The translations under genes and the position numbers were made by a program. The notes beneath the pieces are model-generated. The model was not told where the DNA came from and searched no databases. It was given only the letters and a program-made list of their open reading frames with translations. A stretch of DNA of 64,000 nt from Octopus vulgaris (Eukaryota), in NCBI GenBank assembly GCA_951406725.2, contig OX597839.1:34658001-34722000 (forward strand), written 5' to 3'. This document shows, piece after piece, positions 1-13,053 of this stretch (position 1 is its first letter; each line of letters begins with the position of its first letter).

Positions 1-47
1 ACTACAGAGCCAGGAAGTTTCAACTGGGTTGGTAACGAAAGGGTTAA
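1..47. mobile_element. End of a TTAA-flanked piggyBac-type MITE (family P1)
   Basis: ...gggttggtaacgaaagggTTAA, the same terminus as the complete copies at 13219, 27444, 33938 and 37023. Confidence 0.6.
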
Positions 48-175
48 AGTTAATCAATTATAACATTTAATTATTTATCTCAATCTAACTATATCTCTCT
101 CTCTCTTTTGAAGATATTATGTGGAGGAGTGCCAAAACCACAAATCAAATTGAAATTTTATATAACACACACAAA

Positions 176-375
176 GGCACGTGGCCTAGTGGTTAGGCTG
201 TTGTACCGCTGATCGCGGGTTCACTTCCCAGACCGGGGAGCACATTGTGTTCCTGAGAAAAGCACTTCATTCTACGCTGCTCTGCAATCACTTCAACACC
301 TGGCGTATGGCACACCTGTGCCATTTGTACAGGTAATGTTAATTTGATGGAGAGAATGAGGTAATGTACAACACA
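176..375 (+). mobile_element. Old tRNA-derived SINE
   Basis: A-box-like tggcctagtgg and B-box-like ggttcacttccc. Head resembles those at 37435-37812 and near 38915. Confidence 0.55.
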
Positions 376-387
376 TTTTTTTTTTAT

Positions 388-800
388 TATTGTTTTACTT
401 GTTTCAGTCATTTGACTGTGGCCATGCTGGAGCACCAACTTGAAGGGTTTTAGTTAAACAAATTGACCCCCCAAACTTATTTACTAAGCCACTATCGGTC
501 TCTTTTGTCAAACTGCTAAGTTACAGAGACATAAACACATATACACACACATACACACACACATACACACACATATACACACACATACACATATACACAC
601 ACATACACATATACACACACATACACTACACACACATATACATACATATACAGAATGAGCGTCTTCTAGTTCTCACCTACGAAATCCAGTCCAAAGGCTT
701 TGGTCAGCCCAGGGCTATTAGTAGAATAAACTTTCCCGATATGCCAAACGATGGAACTGAACCCAAAACCACATGGTTTGAAAGCAGATTTCTTAAGCTC
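388..800 (-). mobile_element. SINE family A (abundant tRNA-derived SINE with internal microsatellite), diverged copy
   Basis: Contains the family 3' end ttttacttgtttcagtcatttgactgtggccatgctggagcacc and an internal (CA)n. Confidence 0.7.
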
Positions 801-1025
801 ATAATAACAAAACAATTATCGCATTTCTCATGTTGAAGAATGGTCAAGTAGATTAAATAAGCATTTTCAATGTCAATGGCCAAAGAAGAACGAATGAAAT
901 TCTCCATGCTTCCTTCCGAAATCAGTTAAAATGTCAACATCTTTATTACCAAAGTCAAAACAATTGACTTTGAAGTAGAATATAAAACAGCTTCAAATCT
1001 TAAAATGCCACTTGATCACAATGAT

Positions 1026-1057
<32 letters not shown>

Positions 1058-2520
1058 CATCATTATGTCCACCTTAGCAAAGGTGGAGGTATTGTTTTCC
1101 AGTCATATTTGTGTGTTTGTCCGTGGACAAGATATCTCGAGAACGGCTGGATGGATTCAGATGAAACTTTCAGGGATGTTTGGTCTCATGACAGGCATGA
1201 ATTGATTAGAGTATGAGTGATAGAGAACGAGGGTGTGAGAGAGGGAGAGAGAAAGAAAGAGTGTGCAAGTGAAAGAGAGTGTGAGTGAGTGTGAAAGAGA
1301 GTGAGTGAAAGAGTGTGAGAGACAGAGTGTGGGAGAGAAAAAGAGAGAGAGAAAGAGAGTGTGAGAGAAAGAGAGAGAGTGTGAGAGAAAGAGAGAGAGT
1401 GAGAGAAAGAGAGAGTGAGAGACAGAGAGCATGAGTGAGAGAAAGAGAGAGCGTATGTGAGAGAGGGCATGAGCAAGAGAGTGTGTGTTTGTGTTTACGC
1501 CTCCATAACTTAGTGGTTTGGCAAAAGATACTGATAGAATAGATACCAAGCTAAAAACAAAAGTCCTGGCATCAATTCATTCGACTAAGAATTCTTCAAA
1601 GCAGTGCTCCAGCATGGCCGCAGTCGAAAGACTAAACCAACTAAAAGAGAACCCACACACACACACACACACCTATAAGACAACACCGAGTTCTACAACC
1701 CAAACCCCTTTTAGTTCTTTAGCTTTCCAAGCAGCCATATCAGGCCCCAAATATTCCACCTGTCCAATTTTTAAACTGGCCAGATCAGGTCACTCACACC
1801 TACCCTGAAATGTCATTCTAAAAATAATCCGTCATGTCATGAAAATTTGGAAGCTGTGAGGTAAATGCATGATTGATTCAAAGTGGAACTTCAAGATGAC
1901 GAATGGAATGAATCTAACGACATTAACGAGATAATTAATTATCCAGCAGCTACACCATATAGAATATATTTCTTTATTGCCCACAATGAGCTAAACATAG
2001 AGGGGACAAACAAAGACGGTGTTTGAACCCAGTATAGAATATCAGATTGCATTTGCGTACCTTTACGACATTCCTTTTCAGGTGCGCCTCTCCCGGTGGG
2101 TATAATTTCTCTTCTCCCACTCTCAATGTCTGTCGTCAATTGGTTTATCTGTCTGTGTGTCATACATGTATATAGATGTGTGTGTATACAAATATGTTTG
2201 CTGTTGTTTGTTTGTTCCTTCTCAAGCCATGCCTTGCTCAAAAGGGCCGGTTTCCCTGTTTCCTTGGCGTATAGGTTCCCCACCTGGACGGGACGCCGCT
2301 CCATCCTAGGTGAGCTGCAAGATGCAGGAGGAAAGAGCAAGAGAAAGTTGTGGCGTAAGAGTCAGCAGAAGTTCGACATTACCTTCTTCACACACATCGC
2401 CCAGTCTGAGATATGAACCCGAGATCCCTCGACCACGAGTCCACTGCTCTAACCACTATGCCATGTGCCTCCACATACACATATGTAATGGTAAGTAAAT
2501 GTGTATGGATATTTATTTGT

Positions 2521-2568
<48 letters not shown>

Positions 2569-2589
2569 ATGTATGTATGTATGTGCATG

Positions 2590-3135
2590 TATCATCATTT
2601 AACGCACTTTGTCCATGCTGGCATGGGTTGGACAGTTTGACCAGGGCTGGCAAGCAGGAAGGCTGCACCAGACTCCAGTCTGATTTGGCATGGTTTCTAC
2701 AGCTGGATGCCCTTCCTAATGCCAACCACTCCGAGAGTATAATGGGTACATTTACGTGCCACCGGCACAGGTGCCAATATGCGCGACACCCATATCTGCC
2801 ACAACTGCAATTCTACTCAGCTTGATGGGTCTTCTTCTCAAGCACAACATAATGCTAAAGGTCTCAGTCGTTGCCTCTTTAAGGCCCAACACATTCAAGG
2901 ATCTCAGCTAAGCCCAGTCAACCATCATCATCCTCATTATCGTTTAACATCCGTTTTCCGTGCTGGCATGGGTTCCAGCGGCATGTAAAAAGCACCCATT
3001 ACACCCTTGGAGTGGTTGGCATTAGGAAGGGCATCCAACTGCAGAAACCATGGCAAATCAGATTGGAGCTTGGTGCAGCTTACCAGCTTGTTAAACCATC
3101 CAACCCATGACAGCATGGAAAGCAGACGCTAAATT
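2590..3135. mobile_element. SINE family C (Meta-domain-like, ggaagggcatccagctgtagaaa core), two copies in opposite orientation
   Basis: Core ctacagctggatgcccttcctaatgccaaccact at ~2700 and its reverse complement at ~3010-3050. Confidence 0.65.
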
Positions 3136-3329
3136 TTCTCAAATGTGAATGAAAAAGCACCCCCTTTGACAGCCTGGAGGAAGGTTTTAATTTATGTTCG
3201 TAACACCAGATTAATAGCAATAAAAATAAAGCTAATGTTATCAAATTCTTTTATTATTTTCAAAGTTATCTGAAACAAAGACAGTTTATTTCGACAGAAA
3301 TATGGCAATAAAATGGTTAATATGAACTA

Positions 3330-3622
3330 CTTATTTCTTTATTTTTTCTTTATTGCCCAAGACGGTACAAACAAGGATAGACAAAGGGATTAAGTCAATT
3401 ACATCGACCCCAGTGCACAACTGGTACTTAATTTATCGACCCCGAAAGGATGAAAGGCAAAGTGGGCCTCGGTGGAATTTGGACTCAGAACGTAGCGGTA
3501 GACGAAATACCTATTTCTTTACTACCCACAAGGGGCTAAACACAGAGGGGACAAACAAAGACAGACAGATGGATTAAGTCGATTACTTCGACCCCAGTGC
3601 ATAACTGGTACTTAATTTATCG
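3330..3622 (-). mobile_element. SINE family B (Nin-domain-like), partial tandem copies
   Basis: ctggtacttaatttatcgaccccgaaaggatgaaaggc, the reverse complement of the Nin-type core gcctttcatcctttcggggtcgataaattaagtaccag. Confidence 0.7.
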
Positions 3623-3879
3623 TGTGTATGGGTGCAGATATGGTGTGTATGCATGCACATGAACAAACTACAAGGCAGGTAAGAGCACCAAGAAATAACC
3701 AGAGAGGGCAGACAGATCTTACATTATATTATATATATATATATATTTCATCTTTTTATTTATTTGCTTCAGTCATTTGACTGCAGCCATGCTGGAGCAC
3801 CGCCTTTAGTCGAGCAAATCGACCCCAGGACTTATTCTTTGTAAGCCCAATACTTATTCTATCGGTCACTCTTGCCGAT

Positions 3880-4300
3880 ATATATATAAGAACAATCTTG
3901 CTTAGAAATGGATGCGTGTGTTCCGTCATATAATAAATTAATAAATAAAACATATGCTTATATACATACATATATGTACATCCCTACATCTACATGTATA
4001 TATACACGCATATATGGGTACAGGACACCAAAAAAACGTCGAACACAATGAGAAACGAAAACATAAACACGAAACCAAGGAACTGGACATTTTTCTTAAA
4101 CAACAAAACAATAAAGTACAGGACAAATAACACAAGGAAAATTCCCCTTCTTCAGTCGCCATGGTTTCATCTACTCTGCGTTTCGAAGGTGAAGGCGATA
4201 CGCATCTTCGATAAGAAACTTTCTTTCCTGCGAAAAGCAAATCAAATAAAATTTGAGATCTTTTTGCAGAGGGGTAAAATGGTAACAAAAACAGGACAGT
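3880..4300 (-). mobile_element. Penelope-like/TA-associated repeat fragment, homologous to 15270-15620
   Basis: Reverse-complement similarity to 15270-15620 (ccttcgaaacgc...ctgaagaaggggaat...gtcctgtac). Confidence 0.45.
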
Positions 4301-4810
4301 AACGACAATACAAACTATATAAGCAGTAAAAGACAGGACAAGGAGAATATATACATACATAAAAAAATATATATATATATATACACATACATGCACACAT
4401 GTATCTACATAACTACACATATATGTGCATACAATGACAACTATAATGCACGTGTGTGCACACAAAAAGAACGACAGCCTGACCACACAGACATTGCATC
4501 TTCGTGTGCAGATGTATATCAACAAGACAGCTATACACTCATCTATAAAAACATACAAGCGGTGGATATCCATCCATACACCGTTATAGGGGTTGATGTA
4601 TAAATTATATATTAGACAGGCGGAGGCAACCACAGACTGACAGACAGACAGACAAATAGACAGAGATTCGGTCATATGACGACCAAAGAATCAGCTGAGC
4701 GAAGAGAGAGAGAAAAAATCATTCTAGTTTTCTTTTTCTTTAAATTGAAAATAAGAAAAAAGAAAAGAAATAAGTGTCATGTGGAAGCAGAAGTTAAACC
4801 AGAAATATTT

Positions 4811-5175
4811 GAGAGAGAGAGAGAGAGAGAGCAAGAGGGAGGGGGAGAGAGAGCAAGAGAGAGAGAGACCGAGAGCAAGAGAGACCGAGAGCAAGAGAGA
4901 GAGAGAGACCGAGAGCAAGAGAGAGAGAGACCAAGAGGGATGGAGAGAGAGAGAGAGACCGAGAGGGAGGGAGAGAGAGAGAGAGAGACCGAGAGGGAGG
5001 GAGAGAGAGAGAGAGAGAAAGAGACCGAGAGGGAGGGAGCGAGAGAGAGGGAGAGAGACCGAGAGGGAGGGAGAGAGGGAGAGAGAGAGAGAGAGAGGGA
5101 GGGAGAGAGACCGAGAAGGGAGGGAGAGAGAGAGACCAAGAGGGAGGGAGAAAGAGAGAGAGAGAGAGAGAGAAG
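4811..5175. repeat. (GA)n-based polypurine repeat with gagaccgagaggga units
   Basis: Seen directly. Confidence 0.9.
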
Positions 5176-5353
5176 AGTGTTGTGGAAAATAAACTATGTA
5201 GATAGATAAGGAAGGAGAGGGTGAGAGAAATGAAATAATTTTTTTGGAACTGAATATTGAAGCAAACAGAGCTATAGGCAATAACATGTAAATATTGGGT
5301 TAAAAAGTTAACTGGATGAATAAGTCAAAACCTGCCAGTCTACAAATGTACAC

Positions 5354-5387
<34 letters not shown>

Positions 5388-5431
5388 ACACAAAATTAGA
5401 CAGAGAGGGATGAGTATCAAGAGAAATATCT

Positions 5432-5653
5432 ATAGGGGTGGCTGTGTGGTAAGTAGCTTGCTTACCAACCACATGGTTCTGGGTTCAGTCCCACTGCATG
5501 GCACCTTGGACAAGTGTCTTCTACTATAGCCCCGGGCCGACCAAAGCCTTGTGAGTAGATTTGGTAGACGGAAACTGAAAAGAAGCCCGTCGTATATATG
5601 TGTGTGTATATATATATGTATATACACACATATATTTACACACACATATATAT

Positions 5654-5695
<42 letters not shown>

Positions 5696-5834
5696 CTATA
5701 TACACACACATATATATACACACACATATATATATACACATCTATATACACACACATATATATACACACACATATATATATACACACATATATAATATAC
5801 ACACATATAATATACACACATATATATACACATC

Positions 5835-5865
<31 letters not shown>

Positions 5866-6075
5866 ATGTATGTGTCTCTCTCCCCCCAACATCACTTGAC
5901 AACCGATGCTGGTGTGTTTATGTCCCCCGTAACTTAGCAGTCCAGCAAAAGAGAAACCGACAGAATAAGTACTAGGCTTACAAAGAATAAGTCCTGGCGG
6001 TTTCGATTTGCTCGACTAAAAAAGGCGGTGCTCCAGCATGGCCGCAGCCAAACGACTGAAGCAAGTAAAAGAGCA
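5432..6075 (+). mobile_element. SINE family A, full length with expanded internal (TA/CA) tract
   Basis: Head ggctgtgtggtaagtagcttgcttaccaaccacatggtt..gggttcagtccc, then ccttggacaagt, and tail aagtaaaagag. Confidence 0.85.
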
Positions 6076-6100
6076 TATAATACACACACACACATATAAT

Positions 6101-6138
<38 letters not shown>

Positions 6139-6140
<2 letters not shown>

Positions 6141-6533
6141 CTTTTACTTGTTTCAGTCATTTGACTGCGGCCATGCTGGAGCACCGCCTTTAGTCGAGCA
6201 AATCGACCCCGGGACTTATTCTTTTGTAAGCCCAGTACTTATTCTATCGGTCTCTTTTGCCGAACCGCTAAGTGACGGGGACGTAAACACACACCAGCAT
6301 CGGTTGTCAAGCAATGCTAGGGGGACAAACACAGACACACAAACACACACACACACACATATATATGTATACATATATACGACGGGCTTCTTTTCAGTTT
6401 CCGTCTACCAAATCCACTCACAAGGCATTGGTCGGCCCAGGGCTATAGCAGAAGACACTTGCCCAAGATGCCACGCAGTGGGACTGAACCCGGAACCATG
6501 TGGTTGGTTAGCAAGCTACTTACCACACAGCCA

Positions 6534-6537
<4 letters not shown>
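6139..6537 (-). mobile_element. SINE family A, full length
   Basis: Reverse complement of the family consensus, nearly identical to 8295-8688 and 15628-16018. Confidence 0.9.
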
Positions 6538-6580
<43 letters not shown>

Positions 6581-6989
6581 TAGCGGTAGATAGTCAGATG
6601 TGTTTCAACTTGGCCACATGATGCAAGTGGTGATTCTCTCTAGTGTTGTTGCATGGATGTGAAATCAATGCAAACTGCTGCTGCTGCTGCCACTGCTGCT
6701 GCTGCTCTTCGGCGCATTCACAGTGTTGCTGTTGTGCACTCAGTCACAGAGCGTTGTCTGCTGGTTCTACTTCCCAAAGAATACGGTGATGTCACTCATA
6801 CCCAACACACACACACACACACACGATTTAGATATGTTCTTATCTTCCTAGTTTGGTAACAGGTTGCTTCAAAGTTTAGAAAAAGACAAGTGTGTGTGTG
6901 TGTATATAAACATACACACACATTTATACACACATGTATCTGTAGTTCAGTCCACAGTGAAGGAAAATCATTTAATTGCCATAATACAA

Positions 6990-7248
<259 letters not shown>

Positions 7249-7679
7249 GCCCTTCCTAACGCCAACCACTCTGAGAGTGTAGTGGGTGCTTTTTACATGC
7301 CACCGGCACGGGGGCCAATCAGGCGGTACTGGCAATGACCTTGCTCGAATCTTTTTACACGTGCCACCGACACAGGTGCCAGTGAAGTGACGTTGAAGTG
7401 TAATTAAAAAGACTCCAAAGTCCAAATCCTTCAACTGGTGCCCAACACTGTTCACTGTCATCTGCAATAATCCTCAACATCCAGAACACTAACTTTTACA
7501 GCACGAGAACCGAGTATACCTAAGTCAGTATCCATGCACTTCGGACATGGGAACAGAGCAAACTCATCAGCATCACTTAACGCTTTAGCTTTTAATCAAG
7601 TCATATCCAACCGATATATTATGTTACAACTGACCAGATCCAATCTCTCACACCTAACCTACAATGTCACCATCCATAT

Positions 7680-7970
7680 GTGGTCGATGCCAGTGCCACC
7701 TTGACTGGCTTCTGTGCCGGTGGCATGCAAAAAGCACCAACTGATCGTGGCTGTTGCCAGCCACTCCTGGCCCCTGTGCCAGTGGCATGTAAAAACCACT
7801 CACTACACTCTTGGAGTGGTTGTCGTTAGGAAGAGCATCCAGCTGTAGAAACTCTGCCAGATCAGACTGGAGCCTGGTGCAGCCCCTGGCTTCCCAAACC
7901 CCGGTCGAACCGTCCAACCCATGCTAGCGCAGAAAACGGACGTTAAACGATGATGAGGAGGATGATGATG
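7680..7970 (+). mobile_element. SINE family C
   Basis: ggaagagcatccagctgtagaaactctgccagatcagactgg...ggacgttaaacgatgatga tail. Confidence 0.75.
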
Positions 7971-8294
7971 CTGAACACTAACTTTTAGAGCACGAGGACC
8001 GAGTATACCTAAGTCAGTATGCATGCACTTCCGACATGGGAACAGAGCAAACTCATCAGCATCACTTAACGCTTTAGCATCTAATCCAACCATATCCAGC
8101 CAATATATTATGTTTCATGTTAGAACTGGCCAGATCCAGCCTCTCACACCCACCCTACAATGTCATTCTAAAAATATACCAACACATAATCGAAATCTTG
8201 AAGCTACAAGATAATGCAGGATTAATTCCGAACAATGTGGACGAAAAAGATGCGGCACTCTTTCGATATCAGTCCCACTTACATCACGGGTATT

Positions 8295-8688
8295 TACTCT
8301 TTACTCTTTTACTTGTTTCAGTCATTTGACTGCGGCCATGCTGGAGCACCGCCTTTAGTCGAGCAAATCGACCCCGGGACTTATTCTTTTGTAAGCCCAG
8401 TACTTATTCTATCGGTCTCTTTTGCCGAACCGCTAAGTGACGGGAACATAAACACACCAGCACCGGTTGTCAAGCAATGCTAGGGGGACAAACACAGACA
8501 CACAAACACATATATATATATATACACACATACATATATACAACAGGCTTCTTTCAGTTTCCGTCATAAGGCATTGGTCGGCCCGAGGCTATAGCAGAAG
8601 ACACTTGCCCAAGATGCCACGCAGTGGGACTGAACCCGGAACCATGTGGTTGGTAAGCAAGCTACTTACCACACAGCCACTCCTGCGC
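8295..8688 (-). mobile_element. SINE family A
   Basis: Matches the family consensus. Confidence 0.9.
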
Positions 8689-10072
8689 CTAGTTTACATT
8701 TGAAGAAGAAGATGGGCACTTTCCGTAGAATTTTTATTTTTTTATATATGTGGGGTATAGGGTTAGGGGTGGGGTGAAGGCTATCTTTCTTCTTCAGAAA
8801 TGTAAATAAACCCACGTGGGTTTATAAGTGATAGCTATGTTACTAGTACCGAATGATCGCCAAAGATAAATATTCAACAAGGAAATCTGAGTGCTAAAAG
8901 GAGTCAATGTCCGTTTTCCATTTAATGTCCATTTAAAGGTTTAGATTTTCTTTCCTCTTCTCTGAATATGCACAACTAAAATTAGGGACCCTCTGTTATA
9001 CCTGTGCAGCTTGTTGTAGTCCACCAGATCGAATGAAACATCGAGTCTGGAGAGTTGCTGTCACAATACAGCCTCAAGGACAAACTGACACACTAAATAA
9101 CAAGCAAAAGGTTAATAACCGTGACAGGGACACCAGAAGATTTGACAAATATTTACATAAACATTAACAAAAATCGAAGGAAATGAATTCTTGTCATAAG
9201 ACCCAGAAAATGTAAGTGTGAGGCTTAGTCACAAGTGTACAGAAAGGAAGGGAACAGGTTCAATTCCAGCTGGGAACTAAGATTCGTTTAGACGGTAATT
9301 AATTGGATTGGAGAGGATAAAGTTTATAGGAGGGAAGATTACAAAGCTTAACGAGACAAATGTGCAGGTAGCATGCAACCCTTATTCGCAAAGAAATCAG
9401 AAATAAAATGGTTGAGTAAGAGAGTGTGTGTGTGAGTGAGAGTGTGAGAGTGAATGAGTGAGTGTGAGAGTGAATGAGTGTGAGTGAGTGAGTGAGTGAG
9501 TGAGTGAGTGTGAGAGTGAGTGTGTGTGTGTATGAGAGTGAGTGTGTGTGTGAGCCATCCAGACTTCATTGAGGTAAATCTTCTGTGGCCAGATGCCTTT
9601 CCTGTTGCCAGCCCTCACCTCTTTCCAAGCAGGGGTCACATTTCCACTTTACCAGAAATAGGGAAACAGGTGGGACATGATGACAGGAAACCCTTCCAGC
9701 TTTAGAAAAATCTGCTTCAACAAATTCTGCCTCACCCATACCAGCGAGAAAAAGGGAACCTTAAATGATGAGGGTACAAGGATCTTTCAGTTTTTGTCTA
9801 CCAAATTCACTCAAAGCCCTTTTGCAACCCAAGCCTATCGTAGAAAACAACTTCCTCAAGGCGCCATGCAGTGGGACTGAACCGAAAATTATGTGGCTGT
9901 GAAGCAAACTTCTTAATCGCACAGAATATATAGATTTGGCCATTACTATGAAGGAATATGGTCTGCAACCTCCAAAAAAGCAGCAGTGGTCCTTCCATTG
10001 ATGACCTTCACCAGGGTTTATGTCAACCAAATTTCACCAACACAGCTTTGGTTTGCTCTACTGATTAAATGA

Positions 10073-10465
10073 TGTGGTAAGTAGCTTGCTAACCAACCAC
10101 ATGGTTCCGGGTTCAGTCCCACTGCGTGGCATCTTGGGCAAGTGTCTTCTGCTATAGCCCCGGGCCAACCAAAGCCTTGTGAGTGGATTTGGTAGACGGA
10201 AACTGAAAGAAGCCTGTCGTATATATGTATATATATATATGTATGTGTGTGTGTTTGTGTGTCTGTGTTTGTTCCCCTAGCATTGCTTGACAACTGATGC
10301 TGGTGTGTTTATGTCCCTGTCACTTAGCGGTTCGGCAATAGAGACCGATAGAATAAGTACTGGGCTTACAAAGAATAAGTCCCGGGGTCGATTTGCTCAA
10401 CTAAAGGCGGTGCTCCAGCATGGCCGCAGTCAAATAACTGAAACAAGTAACAGAGTAAAAGAGTG
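10073..10465 (+). mobile_element. SINE family A
   Basis: Matches the family consensus. Confidence 0.85.
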
Positions 10466-11184
10466 TACTGCAGAGTGGAAATAAGAAGCCAAAAACACAT
10501 GTGTGACAAGTAGTGGCTCCTCTATTGGAGCCCCAGATTTCAGTGGCCTCCAAGTGGCACAAGATTTCCTGAGGGAAGGATTGTAATGGTTTATTGCCTC
10601 TAATTTGAGTAAAAAAAAAAAAAGTAATTTGTGGTTGTATGGACTTTTTGGTCCAAAGAAGTTGTAATTTGAATTGTAAGAGGGTCAATACCTCGGTACA
10701 TGTATTTTTAATGAACAATGTTTTAGAGAAACAAAGGGTCGGTGGGTGCCTTCTGCCTTCTCCCATCTTTATCATTTAAATATCAAATGCCGTCCCTGGT
10801 GGGATGTGTGTATATGACTGTTTGCTTTGGATATATACAATTTGATGATGTGTAATGGCAACCAAAAGGCCAATTGCACAAACTTTTGTTCAGCTCCGTA
10901 AAATCTGTTTATCTTCCATGTGACAAACACACACACACACACACACACACACAGTAGAAGAGTGTCACTGACCAGAACAGATATGTACAATGAAATATTT
11001 TGACAATTTCTATATAATACTTATAAAATAAAACGTGATTAGAACAGTGTTTTAAAGGATGAGCATGATACACATACATGCATATAGATGTATATAAACA
11101 CATGCACACACCTATCTGTATATAAATATGTACATACACCAGCACATGTACACATACAAACATGCCCCCTCTACATACTGATGT

Positions 11185-11530
11185 GTCATCGTCATCATCA
11201 TCATCGTCATCATCATCATCATCGTCATCATCATCGTCATCGTCATCATCATCGTCATCATCATCATTTAATGTCTGTTGTCCATGCTGGCATGGGTTGG
11301 ATGGGTTGATCAGGGCTGGTAAGCTGAGGGGCTCCAGTCTGATTTTGGCATGGTTTCTACAGCTGGATGCACTTCTTAATGCCAACGACTCAGAGTGTAA
11401 CGGGTGCTTTTGAGTGGTACCAGCACGAGTGCCATTTGCATGACACCAGCATCTGACACAATTATGATTTCACTTGGCTTGATGGGTCTTCTTCTCAAGC
11501 ACAGCATATTGCCAAAGGGTCTTAGTCATT
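11185..11530 (-). mobile_element. SINE family C with expanded (CAT)n tail
   Basis: (cat/cgt)n at 11186-11267 followed by the family body. Confidence 0.75.
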
Positions 11531-11600
11531 TGCCATCGCCTCTGCTTTCTATGTGTCATGAACATACACACACAAACATGCACATATACACGTACGACTA

Positions 11601-11980
11601 TAGGTGCAGGAGTGGCTGTGTGGTTAGTAGCTTGTTTACCAACTCCATGGTTCCGGGTTCAGTCCCACTGCGTGGCACCTTGGGCAAGTGTCTTCTACTA
11701 TAGCCTCAGGCTGACCAAAGCCTTGTGAGTAGATTTGGTAGACGGAAACTGAAAGAAGCCTGTCGTATATATGTATATGTGTGTTTGCGCCCCGCCCCCA
11801 ACATTGCTTGACAACCCATGCTGGTGTGTTTACGTCCCTGTAATTTAGCGGTTCAGCAAAAGAGACCGATAGAATAAGTACCAGGCTTTCAAAGAATAAA
11901 TCCTGAGGTCGATTTGCTCGACTAAAGGCAGTGCTCCAGCATGGCCGCAGTCAAATGACTGGAACAAGTAAAAGAGTAAA
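11601..11980 (+). mobile_element. SINE family A
   Basis: Matches the family consensus. Confidence 0.85.
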
Positions 11981-12041
11981 GGGTATATACATCTGCACAT
12001 GCACACCTGAATTTGTATACATACATGAATAGATAAGACTA

Positions 12042-12436
12042 TATACGAGTTGTAGTAAAAAAGGATCTGGTCTTGATTTTTTTGGCACAAAACAATGGCG
12101 TGAGCAAAATCCACGTGGATATTAGGTGGCTGCGTCCTCCCTGAACATGTGTAAAAATTTCCATGTCTGTAAGGTTGTGTCATTCACCTGCAGTGATGCA
12201 TTGAGTACAGACACGAAGGGTGTGTTGTGCCATTTTTGAGTCAAGATGACGAGTGATTTGAGCAAAGATACTGTATCAAATTCTGCAAAAAACTTGGTGA
12301 TACACACACCTAGGCTATTGAGAAGATCCAGAAGGCCTTTGGAGATGATGCTAAGGGAAAAACCCAAATAAAGGAGTGGTACAACCGGTTCGAAGATGGC
12401 CATACCTCAGTGGACAGTAAGCCACGTTGTGGCGAG
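12042..12436 (+). mobile_element. Mariner transposon 5' relic (degenerate TIR plus N-terminal HTH of the transposase)
   Basis: 12257-12436 translates FEQRYCIKFCKKLGDTHT*AIEKIQKAFGDDAKGKTQIKEWYNRFEDGHTSVDSKPRCG, a typical mariner HTH and GRP-linker region with one stop. Starts TAcgag. Confidence 0.85.
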
Positions 12437-12450
12437 ACAAAAAGAGTACT

Positions 12451-12790
12451 ACTTAGTTAGTTAGTTAATTTTTTGGCTCAAAAAGCAAAAAGCAAGGCCA
12501 TGTAGGGGGACATGGAGTTATGTACAGGGTGGTGTTCATGCAAAGAGTTCAGGCCATTTCTGGTCAAGGGACACTTTGAACTGAGCGGTCGTTGGCATCT
12601 TCACCATCTCGTCCGGCAGCTTATTCCACGGATCCGCAACCCGGATGGAGAAAGCCCCTCTCCTTCGATTGAGATGAAATCGTTGCAGATAGAGCTTTTC
12701 GGAATGACCCCGCAGCCGACGCTCTGGAGCAGGAATGAAGAACAGCTCTTTCGAGAGGGGCTCCTCATCCCCTCCGTGAAGCTGTGCAGC
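12451..12790 (-). mobile_element. CR1-type LINE 3' fragment
   Basis: RLRGHSEKLYLQRFHLNRRRGAFSIRVADPWNKLPDEMVKMPTTAQFKVSLD is the CR1 ORF2 C-terminal motif. (CTAA)n tail. Confidence 0.85.
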
Positions 12791-13053
12791 AAAAATGATC
12801 CGACCTGTGGGCAGCAAAGAACTGGAAACTCCACCATGACAACACATCTGCTCATTCCACCCACATCGTCCAAGCATTCCTCATCATACAAAACATACCA
12901 CTTGTCCGTCAGACTTCCTACACCCAAGACTTGACTCCATGTGACTTTTGGCTATTCCCAAAGCTCAAAAAAAAAAAAACACTCAAAGGGAGAAGGTTTG
13001 AGTCAAGAGAGGACATTAGGCAACATACACACAAGCACAAACATCTACAATTA

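Noticed and set aside
4676-5287. ER-rich and LS-rich ORFs (also at 1157-1549, 16417-17244, 21889-22601)
   Set aside because: Translations of (GA)n tracts.
9002-9075. Possible minus-strand exon ending CAG|GTATAA
   Set aside because: Weak acceptor and no frame resembles SH2B PH or SH2 sequence.
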